From Lama glama (Eukaryota), in contig CM052816.1 of the NCBI GenBank assembly GCA_028534125.1, forward strand, positions 22,942,001 through 23,006,000: 64,000 nucleotides of DNA, in the 5' to 3' direction. The position numbers were made by a program, and so were the translations under genes. The notes beneath the pieces were generated by a model. That model had not been told where the DNA came from. It was given only the letters and a program-made list of their open reading frames with translations, and did not search any database. This document shows positions 52,778-64,000 of this stretch, one piece after another; position 1 is the first letter of the stretch; each line of letters starts with the position of its first letter.

Positions 52778-53301
52778 AGTTTTTTCATGGCTGTGATCAT
52801 ATTCTACGCAATGTTGTTGTCTTTATTTGGATTTGAACATGTCAACTGCACATTCAAAGTGATAGGTACAGACAGCACTGAAAGCTGAAAGATCTAGGGC
52901 TCATTTAGGGAGAACTGTTCCAGAGAGAGCAGCATCTTCAGGAGTCAGCTAAGGACAGATGCTGCTGCAGGAAACCAGCAGGAAGAGAAGCAGGTACCAG
53001 GAAAGGGAGCAGGGGGATGGCATCACTCCGCCCGGGACTGCTGGAGGACAGACTGAAGAACAGCTAGAAAGGGACACAAAATATCTTGCAGATATTTTGA
53101 AAATGGGAGAGGACGATTTAAAGGATAAAGCTTTTTGCTTCAGGATCATCACGTGAAGAAGCTTTCAACGGATCGGTTGGTTTCTGGTTAATTCATTACT
53201 GTATTGATTAAACACTTCCAGGGCACTGCTATGTATTCATGACACCTCCACGAGGTGGGTGCTGTTATTATTCCCAGGATGCAAATTAAAGGTAACACAG
53301 C

Positions 53302-53444
53302 GGGGTTGGTGGTACAGCTCAAGTGGCAGAGCGCGTGGTTAGCATACACAAGGTCCTGGGTTCAATCCCCGGTACCTCCTCTAAAAATAAATAAGTAAAC
53401 CTACCCCCCCAACACAACATAAGTAAATTAAAAATTAAAAAATG
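53302..53444 (+). mobile_element. Second camelid-type tRNA-derived SINE
   Basis: Same head/tail (GTACAGCTCAAGTGG...GGTTCAATCCCCGGTACCTCC...AAATAAATAA); flanking aaaggtaa duplication. Confidence 0.9.
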
Positions 53445-56109
53445 AAAGGTAATATGTGTTTTCACAGTTCTAATTTCACTTTGGGGCTCTGGGATCCTAA
53501 GAAGCCAAAAGAACAGCAATGTTCAACAGGATTCATTATTCACTTATTACATATACTTCCTGTGCCTTCTCTTCTGCATCAGCTACGATCACACAAACCA
53601 CTTTATTTACAATTCTATACCTGAAAAACTCTCCAGGATTCTAGTTGTTTTGCAGTCCTCATAAGCCAATATTAAGAACCACATTTAAAACAAAACATAA
53701 GGTTCAGTAATAACTATATTTGGGATAAACCACTACCTGAGGTTTTCAAACCTACGGTGATGCTTTCTTAGTCTGTTTCATACAGATCATTTACAGCAAC
53801 AAGGAAGAAAAGAATATGAACAAAAACCGAGTCTCATAAAATGATATGAATGATATAAAACGTTAGGGGTGGTGTCACATCCCCACAGGAAGAAACATAA
53901 TGCAGCTCTTATGGTGGCAATGAAAAAACGACAGTCTAATTCCAGGAATTATTTATGTAATTCTCATTGACTCCTTTAATAGAAATTTGAGCACTTCTGT
54001 GCTTTGCAATGGTATTTTTGGATGGAGCATATTTTTATAAAAAGTAGCTGATTTTTTTGTACCTGTAAAAAAAAAAAAGCGCTACAAAAATGACTCCATT
54101 TGGTGATGGATATGGTTGGTGAAACAGCTCCGGATGGTGTAGTCTCTCCTGAAGCTCCCTCTCTCTCCTGCGACTCCTAGGATGCATCAGACTGAGGATT
54201 ACAAAAGGAGAGGCTGAGCTACCTGACACACAAAGGAATCACGCACCAGGAACAGACCTCATCAGACATCGGATGCCTATCCTCCACTAAGTCACGGATT
54301 AAAAGCGTATCTGTGTTTCCTAACCGCTAGGTCTGTTTTTTAAAGATTCCAGATTACTAGTTATAACAGAAAACATGATTTCATTGAATGAATTAAAAAT
54401 GTTCTTTTAATACCTCTATTTTTCTTCTGAGTTTAAATATATATTATGACATTTATTGACTGGAGATAATAAAGTATATAGTGTTGCACTGAAAATACAT
54501 TCCTATAGAAATCAAAACTCATATTTGTATTGGACAAGGCCATACTAAAGATTTAAGGTCTGACAAAAATACATTGGGCACTGCTTGATTTACACAAACA
54601 CTAATACTTTGGAGCTGAAATATTACCAGAAAGATAATCCCTGACTTCATCATTTGTTCTCTTCCTTGCTGTGAACATTAGCTGATATTCTCTGTCATAT
54701 TCTTAACAGAAATTTTTTCTCTCTCCCCACCTCATATATTTTTATTATATAGATTTTTATATATTTTATTATGTCATTTACCGCATGACTCACGATTACA
54801 GAATTCCAATGTAATATATCTCTCATCCCAACACAGGTTGTTATACAAAAGATGAACACGATGAGCTGAAAATGTGACTTGTAACTGCCTCTACGTATCA
54901 GCTACAACTGAGTCCATAACAGTAATTTTCTGCATTAGACTGCTAACCACTGAATTATTTAGTCAAAGGAAAATGGAGTGAGGATGGCATGCAACAAAGC
55001 ACTTAAAGGAGGAAGTAGTTGGATTGTGGAAAAAAAAATAGTGAAATGAGGATACTCTTTATAGTCTTTCTCTTTCATTGTTTTTTTGTTTAATCTCATT
55101 TCCTCAATCTCTGATCACGAACTCAGCAGTGGCAGCTTGTGCAATTTACACACTGATTTACCACCTGTAAACAATCCCAGCCCACACCTCTCCAAACTAA
55201 ACAAAGGTGACTCTGAGTAACGAAAATTTTTTATGTTAACTGAGACATGAACTTGTGCATTTGTTCTTATAATTCGGAAGACTGTTCTCGAGTGGCGCAT
55301 CGCAGGACAGTTTACAGGTAGGATCGGACAATGCAGAGGTTCCCCAAGAGATTAGCTGCAGCAACACTTTGAAACTTAGAAATGTAAATTCTCTGGCTCC
55401 ACCCCAGCTTTACTGAATAAGAAACCCTAGGGAGCAGGTCTGAAAATTTGCATTTCTAACAAGTTTCTAGCTGAGACTAGTGGAGCTGATTCAGGAAACA
55501 CATTTAGATCCAGTGGGCTGAAACAGATTTTGAAGCAAAATTCAGTCCTTCACCAGCTGTGAATGAGGTTAAGGTAGTTTAACTCAATTTTCTCATCTGT
55601 AAATGGGGTTGAGGGAGTTCATACCTCACAGAATTGCTACGAGGGTTAAATGAGTCAAACTACCGAAATGAGTTTCAGCAGCAAACTCTGCATGACAGAG
55701 TTTGTAAGTCCTCTACATGTGTTTTTAAAAATAAAATGTGTGAAATCCATGGCATCTGTTATATTTTACCCATGCAGTCAATTCATTTTACCTGCTTATA
55801 CTCTGCCAGCATTTTATTTCCAGATGGCTGAAAGAAATCAGTTAACCCAGTGGTTCCCAATGACTGTTGAATCACCTGGGGAGCTTTTTAAAATTTGCTG
55901 ATTTCATGATTTTGATTTATTTGATCAAGGTTGAAGCTCAGATATTAAAATACTTTAAATGCTCCACAGGAAATTCTAATGTTCACCCAGGATTGGAAAC
56001 TACTGCCTTAGCTTATAAATAAATGGTATCCTGCTAGAACACAATGGTCATGTTTGGGATCCTTTGTGAATTAACAGAGATCCTTACCCGGAACAGAGCA
56101 AAGCTCTAC

Positions 56110-56747
56110 TGATGCAGGAAAACAGATGTCGGGCGTGAGGAGGGCTGTGTCCCAGGTCTCGATTGAAACCCTGGGACGTGCTCCGCCAGGTGTGGGTCCT
56201 TGGCTTTGGCCAGGAAAGAATTCAAGTGTGAGCCACAGTTGAGTAAAGGTACATTTATTTAGAGAGAAACACACTGCATAGAGTGTAAGGCAAGAGAAAG
56301 GCAAGGAAAGAGGTGTGGGAATTGGATGCTCAGGTTAAAGTAAAAGTAGGTACACACTCCACAGACAGAGTGCGGGCTGTCTCCAAAGAGGAGGGGGTGA
56401 TAAAGGGACTCTAGGCATGGTGTTGCCAGTTTTTATGGGCTCAGTAGCTTCACACGCCTACACGTGGGACCATTCCAACTGCCCTGGGGAAGGGGCTGGG
56501 ATTCCCAGGAATTGGGCCACTGCCCATTCTTTGGCCTTTTGCAGTTAGCCTTGGGGCTGTCATGATGCCTGCGGGCATGTTATTTGATCACACTGTTACA
56601 ATGAGCATATAATGAAGCTCAAGGTCTACTAGAAGTCAAACCTCTTAATCCTCAAGGCCAATTGGGAGTTGAATCTTCCACCATTTTGGTGTTAAATTGC
56701 TGTCATTCCTTGAGTGGCTGAGCCCTGCCCCCTTCCCTCCTGCCTCA
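56110..56747 (-). mobile_element. ERV1-class solo LTR, same family as 33817-34407
   Basis: TG...CA termini with 4-bp TSD CTAC; shared blocks gcaggaaagaattc, gtaaaagt..tacacactcca, ccaggaattgggcc, cccttccctcctg. Confidence 0.9.
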
Positions 56748-58658
56748 CTACTGCCATACACCGAGCTGTATAAAAAGTAAGGCTGACTGCATAATGTGCT
56801 TGCAAGCTCAGAAACATCTTGATCTTAACATATCTGAGGCTTTAGGATAAAATAAACCATATACATTCAGGGTTATAAGACGTATACTTTCAGGCAATCC
56901 TCTTCCGTGTGTAGAGCATTTTAAACACCTGACTGACAGAAGAGGAAAGACTTCAATCTTGGCAATACCAGTGAAAACGTGATAAAGCAAATTCTTGGCA
57001 TTTCAGGGTTTAATGGTATCCATTTTTATCATGAAGGTCCATAGCTAGGGGGATTTGTACTTTACAGAGTCATAGATTTGTAGGAGTCATGCCATGGGGC
57101 TGGCAAAGTGGATTTGAGCTGCTGCACTCGTGAGTGAGCCTAGCGCACCGGCAGCGTACTTCCCTGCCATCCCGCGTCACGTTTTCAGTGATGAAAACTT
57201 GGAGGTCTGTGTATAGGTAAATGGCAATATATAAGAAATAAAATGTCAGTGAAAGTTGAGAGGGTAGTTATAAAAAGCTCCTCACAGCAGAAGAAAAAGA
57301 AAATCAATATTTCACAAGAGCTGAAGGCTGTCCAAAAGTTTTCACGCTCCCAAGCGTGGAGAGATCTAAAGGTCTCACAAATACTCCTCCTGAGGGTATT
57401 AGGATATACTGCAGAGTTTGAAGGGCTTCTATAATGCTACGTATTTTATTTAGATTGAATAAATCCTCAAGTTAATGAAATGTGAAGAAGCAATGTTTCT
57501 TATATGAAACATAAAAGAAGTTAGACACAGTTTGCATCTAAGTTAGGAGCAAACTGCACACAAGTATCCATCCACCATGAAGACGATCTCCCTGAGCCTC
57601 AAGGCAGATTGCAAGAAGTCTGAGCTCCACATGCTGTCAGCATAAAGCCCTGTGGGCAGAATGAGGACCACAGATTAGCTTGTGGTTTACCTGGGTTCTC
57701 CCTTGAGAAATGATAGAACATATTTCTAATGAATTACAGAAGCTAAAGCAGCAACAGCTCTCAATAGCTGTTCCCTCTCTGTGTGATAATACGGGCTGGT
57801 AGCAGGATGAAGACAATCAGATGGAGATTTACAGTTTTTCCTTAATCCAAAATTTAGGTATCCATTGCATTGAAAACACAACTCTTTATGGTGAGAGTTT
57901 TGACTAAGGGCAAAAATTTAGTCAACTTTTTGTCAGGGAATTGAAGGAGACACAATGGTGACTATATCAAACCTATGTTCACTAGAAGCCAAGGCTAATT
58001 TTCGAAGTCACTACAAATGTAAGGCTCCAGAGCACTTCTTTTTAGACAAATCCCAGGAAGATAATTCAGAAGCAGCTAGGTCTGCTATGGATACGCATGA
58101 CCTCTCGAGGTGTCTGTTTATCAGAGCAATCGCAGGCTCTGTGGTGTCTCCAACTCCAGTACTCAGAAGCCTTGTTCTGTGGTAAGTTAGAAGTGGCTTC
58201 CCAAGCAGTTTTAGACTTCCCACTCTCTATCTCATTTCCTTCCACTGCCTAATACCCAATCTTTAGTCCACTTCCGCTTTTGAGGCTCTGCAGAATCGTC
58301 AAGACATTTATGAATCAAGTAAGAACACTGGGAAGACTAAATGAGATGATGTCTGAAACCCACCTACCGCAGTGTCTAGCTCTGTGTAGCATCTAGGTAA
58401 CTACCAGAGTCCAATCTCTCGTCAAGTCCCCATCTAGTATTTTCATTTGCACATTGTTTTACAAAGTATTACACATGCAAGATTTAGTCTTTATAAATCG
58501 CTTTTTTTAGAATAGGGAAATCTGTTCTTTAAAGAAGCAGCAAAGATAAAGTCTTCTTTGACAGAAATGCTCCTTATACTCTACGCTGATGAGAAAAAAA
58601 AAACCTTGAACTCCTGAAATTTAGAAATTGAGGAAAAAATGCATGACCAACATATTTA

Positions 58659-58716
58659 TCTTTAGGTCTCAAAATTGTGTTTTAAATTCTTTAGGTCTCA
58701 AAATTGTGTTTTAAAT
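58659..58716 (+). repeat. 29-bp tandem duplication
   Basis: tctttaggtctcaaaattgtgttttaaat twice. Confidence 0.9.
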
Positions 58717-61559
58717 ATGTTGAGTAAGGATTTTAGAGTTCTTTTTGCTGCACCCAGCTTCAAAGGTATTAATGTTATTTTTACTTACATCTACTTAAAA
58801 CATTTTGTTTGAGAGCTTTCTACCAAGAATTCCCATTTTGCAATGGTAGGGCCACACACTGTGTTTTTCAAACCTTCTCTTCTTACTACTTTCAATGGCA
58901 GATCACCCCCTAGTGGAAATACAGTATATATTTCTGTGCTTCACTGGTGAAAGTTTAAAGGAAATCCACGACAGATGTTACATTCATAAACCAAGACTGA
59001 AGAGGGAGATCTGTAAGCAGCATAGATTTCTAAATTATAGCGAGCCTGCATTTGCACAAGTATAGATTAGTAGTTTTAAAGTTTCTTAGACATGTAACCC
59101 AATTCCCAAATTAATGTCTATTTTCATTGGGACTTTTATATTTTTATTTTATTTTCAAAGAATGATGTAACAATTAAGATTAACTATAGATTCTGACTGT
59201 AGTAGATTGCAATCTTCTTTTTGCCCAAGAAACTTGAGGACTAAGACACAGTCAAACGAGTAATACCCATGCTTTAGATTATTTGGGTCCATTTGTAGAA
59301 GAGAATGTCCACAAAATATGAAATTAATATTTCCCTTTATTGAATGGATGCTATATATCAGGACTACTCTGAGTGCCTGATGGATGCTATTTCATTACTC
59401 AACCTTTAAAAATACTTCTAGACAAAAATGTTTAATTACTGTCTCTGTGAATCTACTTCTGAGTTCATAATATAGCATGTGACTATTCTAATGAAAACCC
59501 TAAGTACCAATACAATTATTCTTTTAAATGTTATAAAACCTTACCACATTTACAAAGCAAGTCCAATAAATTCAGGGTCACAGTTGTCCAAATCTCACAT
59601 TAGCTCATCATAGCCTCATGTGCATGTGATTGTGTTTTTAATGATAATATAACTTTGACAATCATTACAACCTAGATTCATTGCTAGTTTCATATTTTCC
59701 CATCATTCTGTGGAATATTGATTTCACGTACTGTTCCTGAAAGAGTAAGACTCCAATCTCACATAACTGGAAAATTACCACTTAAAATAAGTTAGCCAAA
59801 GGAAAAGTTATTTATTTGTACTAAGGTACTTTACATAGACTTCGGATTGCCCTATAAAATGTGTAACATATAATATATACACAAATATAAAGCTATAATA
59901 TAGAACATTAATGCAGAAGGATAATTTTTAAGGATTCTCTAGAATTACACATAGAAATTCCAATTTGAGCATGATGTCGAAGACAACTTCAAATATATCA
60001 CTAACACATTATCTATATGCATTTTCATTATGTAAAAAGGTTTTACAAGGGTTTTAAAATTAAATGTCCAATAACTAGAGTGCGTAAGTCATAAAATAAG
60101 GCAAGAATATTAATTCTTGCCTGATCTAACTTACAGGGCTTTGGGGAGCATCAGAATTTAAAAAAAAATGTATCAAAGTCTTCTATAATGTCAAAAAATT
60201 ATAAAACTGTCAGCTATTGTTAGGCTATAGTCAGATAAATTGTTTTGATAATAAAAAATATTTCTCACTGTAAGTACTGGAGGGATCTACCAGCCATATA
60301 GAAGAGTGTACTGAGCAATGAAATAAACATAACCTCTTGCTCTTCTGCTTCGAGGAAAAGGAAGTCAGAGAGAGGAGAGTTAACTAGTCAATCGATTAAT
60401 TGCGGGGAGAGGTGGAAGAGGCTAGAGGCTGCTCTGCATGCATTTTGCCAGCAATTAGATGTACGAATTAAACTGAACTGACCTGACTGATTAAATATCA
60501 CTCAGTTTTACCCTGTATCTATTCAGTCTAATTTTTGATTTCTGAGTCCTGCTAGCGTCTGTTGTATAGACTGGCAAAACATATTTTGACAACACACATG
60601 TGATACTGCGAAAGTGAAGCCAGGGCTACCTAAGCTGACAGAACATTTGCAAAAATAATATATGTGTGCATAAAGCAGCAGGAAACCAACTTATTTTCAA
60701 ATTTATTTTTAATATCAGTACCATTTCCTTTATGTAGACATGTAATAGCCCCCTAAGGAATGCTTACTTATTGAGAGCAAGTCACCTTCATTTTTAAATA
60801 TATACTACTCATTTTGCTGAGCTAGTGGGAACTCTGCATTACTATTATTAACATTAGCTATCGTAACATTGTGAAGAAGGTCAGGAGAATTTACCGTTTA
60901 TATAATGCTTGGATGGCAAAACTGCAATTCAGATCAGTTTTATCTGTTTTTACAGATGAAGAGAAAAGAATTAAGGCTCTGGTCCAAATAATACAAGTTA
61001 TACAAGTAAGAATCATTTTTCTTTGAGAAAAGCACAGCATTAACTGAAGCACCCATTGTCAGTGTTATGCTATATTAAGCATATTAGGAACCTTAGGTAC
61101 TCCCATTTTGGTAAAAGACCGAAGATCCTTCAATGGCAAAGCCAGAAATGGACTGTCATGGGGACAAAATGAAAATAACTCATTAAATGTCATTCACTCT
61201 CAACTCTTCAAAGCATAATGAAAATATAAACAAAAAAGGTCATTGAGATTCTAGAGCAGAAGCCACAAAGGAAAAAACTGCTTCAGCTAAAATTATCATC
61301 CTTCCTTAGTATTCCTACAGAGCTGGATTGATTCTTACAGTAATTTTCCTACCCAGGTTAATTTCCAGCTTTTCTTGTCCATGCAGGTAATAAGTTTAGC
61401 AAGCAGTGCAGTTTAAAGAAGGTATCATGACTCCCAGAGCAGTGACATTAAAAATCTGTCTTTAGGGACAGACAAAATGTAACCGTACTAATGTGTCATA
61501 CCATTACGAGTATTTATAGCCGATGATGCCACGTCATGTCAAGGACAAGTTAAACTGTG

Positions 61560-61760
61560 TTCAATACCTTCCCGCCAACACTCCCTCCTCACGCCTATCT
61601 CACTTTATTTTCCTTCACGGAATTTTACCACCACCTAAAATGTACTTATTTGGTAATGGGTTTACTGTCTGTGTCCCTGAAGTAGAATAAAAGCTGCATG
61701 AAGACAGGGATCTGATCTATTTTATCCTCGGTGCTTCAGCGTCTGGCACATGCGAGGCGG
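61560..61760. mobile_element. L2 3' fragment
   Basis: tttactgtctgtgtccc...agaataaaagctgcatgaagacagggatctg...gtctggcaca. Confidence 0.7.
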
Positions 61761-62410
61761 TGTTCTACGTAAGTGGTGGCTTTGTGGGGTGTGGCTTCTC
61801 CTCCTGTACTGCCAGGGGCAAAACGCCCTTAACACAAAGTAAAGAACTTTGTGATAAGGATGATCATTTACACCATTCAAAAGCACTAAAAGATTATGAG
61901 AATTTATGAGAAAGCATTAAGTGCCCGACAGTGTAATATATCCATGTAAGCCATTGATAAGCTATGCAATGTCTCTTCACACTACTGATAAAATTCTTTT
62001 ATGGTTCCTATGGCTGATTAAATGCATCATGTGGTGCAGTAAAATCATAGAAACAGTAGCCATTTTTCTAAAAGGAGCCTGAGACTCTAACTCTCATTTC
62101 TAAACCCCCTTGGGCTTGTTTGCTTTGAGAGGCTAAGTAAGAGTCCTAATCAGAGTGAAACATTTTCATATAGTCACAACAGAAATACCTAAAGCCAAAA
62201 ATAAAACCCTATAACTCTGCTCATGACCAACATCCTAGTTTTTTGGGGGAATGCCAGGAAAAGACATTTTGACACAGTTATAACTGGACATGAGCATCCA
62301 ATTATTGGGACTTGCAGCAAAAAATACTTGAATTGCTACGTACCACCTTTTGAAGAATAATTCAACATCTGCCTTTGTTCTAACAACCTTGTTTTAAATT
62401 TGATGTTTCC

Positions 62411-62910
62411 NNNNNNNNNNNNNNNNNNNNNNNNNNNNNNNNNNNNNNNNNNNNNNNNNNNNNNNNNNNNNNNNNNNNNNNNNNNNNNNNNNNNNNNNNN
62501 NNNNNNNNNNNNNNNNNNNNNNNNNNNNNNNNNNNNNNNNNNNNNNNNNNNNNNNNNNNNNNNNNNNNNNNNNNNNNNNNNNNNNNNNNNNNNNNNNNNN
62601 NNNNNNNNNNNNNNNNNNNNNNNNNNNNNNNNNNNNNNNNNNNNNNNNNNNNNNNNNNNNNNNNNNNNNNNNNNNNNNNNNNNNNNNNNNNNNNNNNNNN
62701 NNNNNNNNNNNNNNNNNNNNNNNNNNNNNNNNNNNNNNNNNNNNNNNNNNNNNNNNNNNNNNNNNNNNNNNNNNNNNNNNNNNNNNNNNNNNNNNNNNNN
62801 NNNNNNNNNNNNNNNNNNNNNNNNNNNNNNNNNNNNNNNNNNNNNNNNNNNNNNNNNNNNNNNNNNNNNNNNNNNNNNNNNNNNNNNNNNNNNNNNNNNN
62901 NNNNNNNNNN
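62411..62910. other. Assembly gap (500 N)
   Basis: Run of N; the X-containing ORFs across it are artefacts. Confidence 1.
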
Positions 62911-63695
62911 TCATGTGAATAATCAAGTAGTGTCTCTGCTGAGTTTTATGGACTGGTGATATAAACTTAAAAGGTAAGCCTCCTAAAGCAAAAGCCAACT
63001 TAAAAAAACTAAAGTTAATATAAAAATGTGCTCTCAGGTTTAACTACCAAAATAGCAGATGCATTTGGCCACTTATGAAAAAGGAATCCTTAAATTTAAA
63101 GTCCATCAACACATATTTACTCTCTGCCTAGAACAAGCTGCTGTTTTTAAAATATGAGACACTTTGAGGATACAAGAGACTCCAGCAACTCCATTATTAA
63201 TGAATTATCACACAGCAAACAATGTATCTTCACCAGCTCAAGAAATGTGCATTACAGCCTGTATAAAGCAAAGGACAGCCAGAATTAGGATGGCATTTTA
63301 TAAAGAGAGTGAAATGCAGATACAAAAAAGCAAGCTTTACCTAGATATTAGAAGCTAATGCCCTCTGTAAACTGATGCACAATATTAAGAATTCTCTATT
63401 TGTAGCCGTAAATGTTTATACACTTTCAAAATTGTTCACACAGAAAAATATTTCATTTTCTGTAAAAAAAAATTACACACACATAGATCTACATATATCT
63501 TTTTTTCCTTCCAGCAGTGAGATTTTCCTCTCTCAACATACCTGATAACACAAAGCTACCTAATTTCCTAAGTCTCAGGTATGCTCAGCAAAAAGGTGGA
63601 AGCAAATGGACCAAAATATAAAGAGAAGACAATGATAATAATAATGAAACTGCAGCTCATAAAGGGAACATTTCAGCAAGCCTTGTAAGACATAC

Positions 63696-63847
63696 TTGGC
63701 CTTCATCCATTGACCTGACTTTCTGCTCTCAATGCGGTACAATACCATAGAGGCACCACGCTCACTGGAGTAATTTTAATATAATCTTCATCACATTCTC
63801 AGAATTCCACAGATCCCTTCACTTCCGGACTGTGAACAACCAATCTC
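63696..63847 (-). pseudogene. Pseudo-exon (phase 2-2): RLVVHSPEVKGSVEF*ECDEDYIK/fs/YSSERGASMVLYRIESRKSGQWMKA
   Basis: Acceptor ccctattcag, donor AA|gtatgt; 152 nt; one TGA and one frameshift; resembles the 150-nt phase 2-2 exon at 38348-38497. Confidence 0.7.
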
Positions 63848-64000
63848 CTGAATAGGGAGGTTTGTCACACAACTTGCAAATGTGGCCAGAAGGCTAAACA
63901 AGACCACAGAGTGTGCTGCCGCTAGACATTTTCAACATTCTAGAGATGGCTCTGAAAGTGCACGGCTTGTTCCCGGTAGGAGTGTCTTAATTAGTCTCTG

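Larger units (their letters stand above)
79..63847 (-). pseudogene. Large multi-exon unprocessed (probably unitary) pseudogene encoding a repeat-built protein with DPY-30/RIIa-like motifs; 5' part probably lies beyond the window end
   Basis: About 20 minus-strand segments, mostly with a polypyrimidine+AG acceptor and a GT donor. Phases are compatible across consecutive exons (e.g. 5553-5811 > 4830-5274 > 3888-4147 > 3574-3637 > 3479-3500 > 3130-3219 > 2804-2908 > 79-226). Translations are protein-like with sparse stops/frameshifts, and motifs recur between distant exons. Confidence 0.75.

Noticed and set aside
62336..62998. Two longest ORFs in the track
   Set aside because: Artefacts of translating across the N gap.

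Overview
This is mammalian genomic DNA, most likely camelid, judging from two tRNA-derived SINEs of the camelid (Vic-1-like) type. It is AT-rich and repeat-rich, with a 500-N assembly gap at 62411-62910. None of the listed ORFs is an intact gene. The main structure is hidden on the minus strand: a large intron-containing pseudogene running from about 63850 down to about 80. It has roughly 20 exon remnants, mostly bounded by canonical AG/GT sites, and many successive splice phases match. The exons carry scattered stops and a few frameshifts, and one is split by a solo LTR. The reconstructed protein appears to be built from internal repeats: a DPY-30/RIIa-like helical motif plus recurring FH(I/V)V..R and C..(D/E)DYI motifs. 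I could not assign it to a named gene. The rest is L1, L2, MIR, ERV solo LTRs (three with 4-bp TSDs), hAT MITEs, microsatellites and a small CpG island containing a GC-shifted MIR. All translations and repeat calls were made by eye, without database searches.
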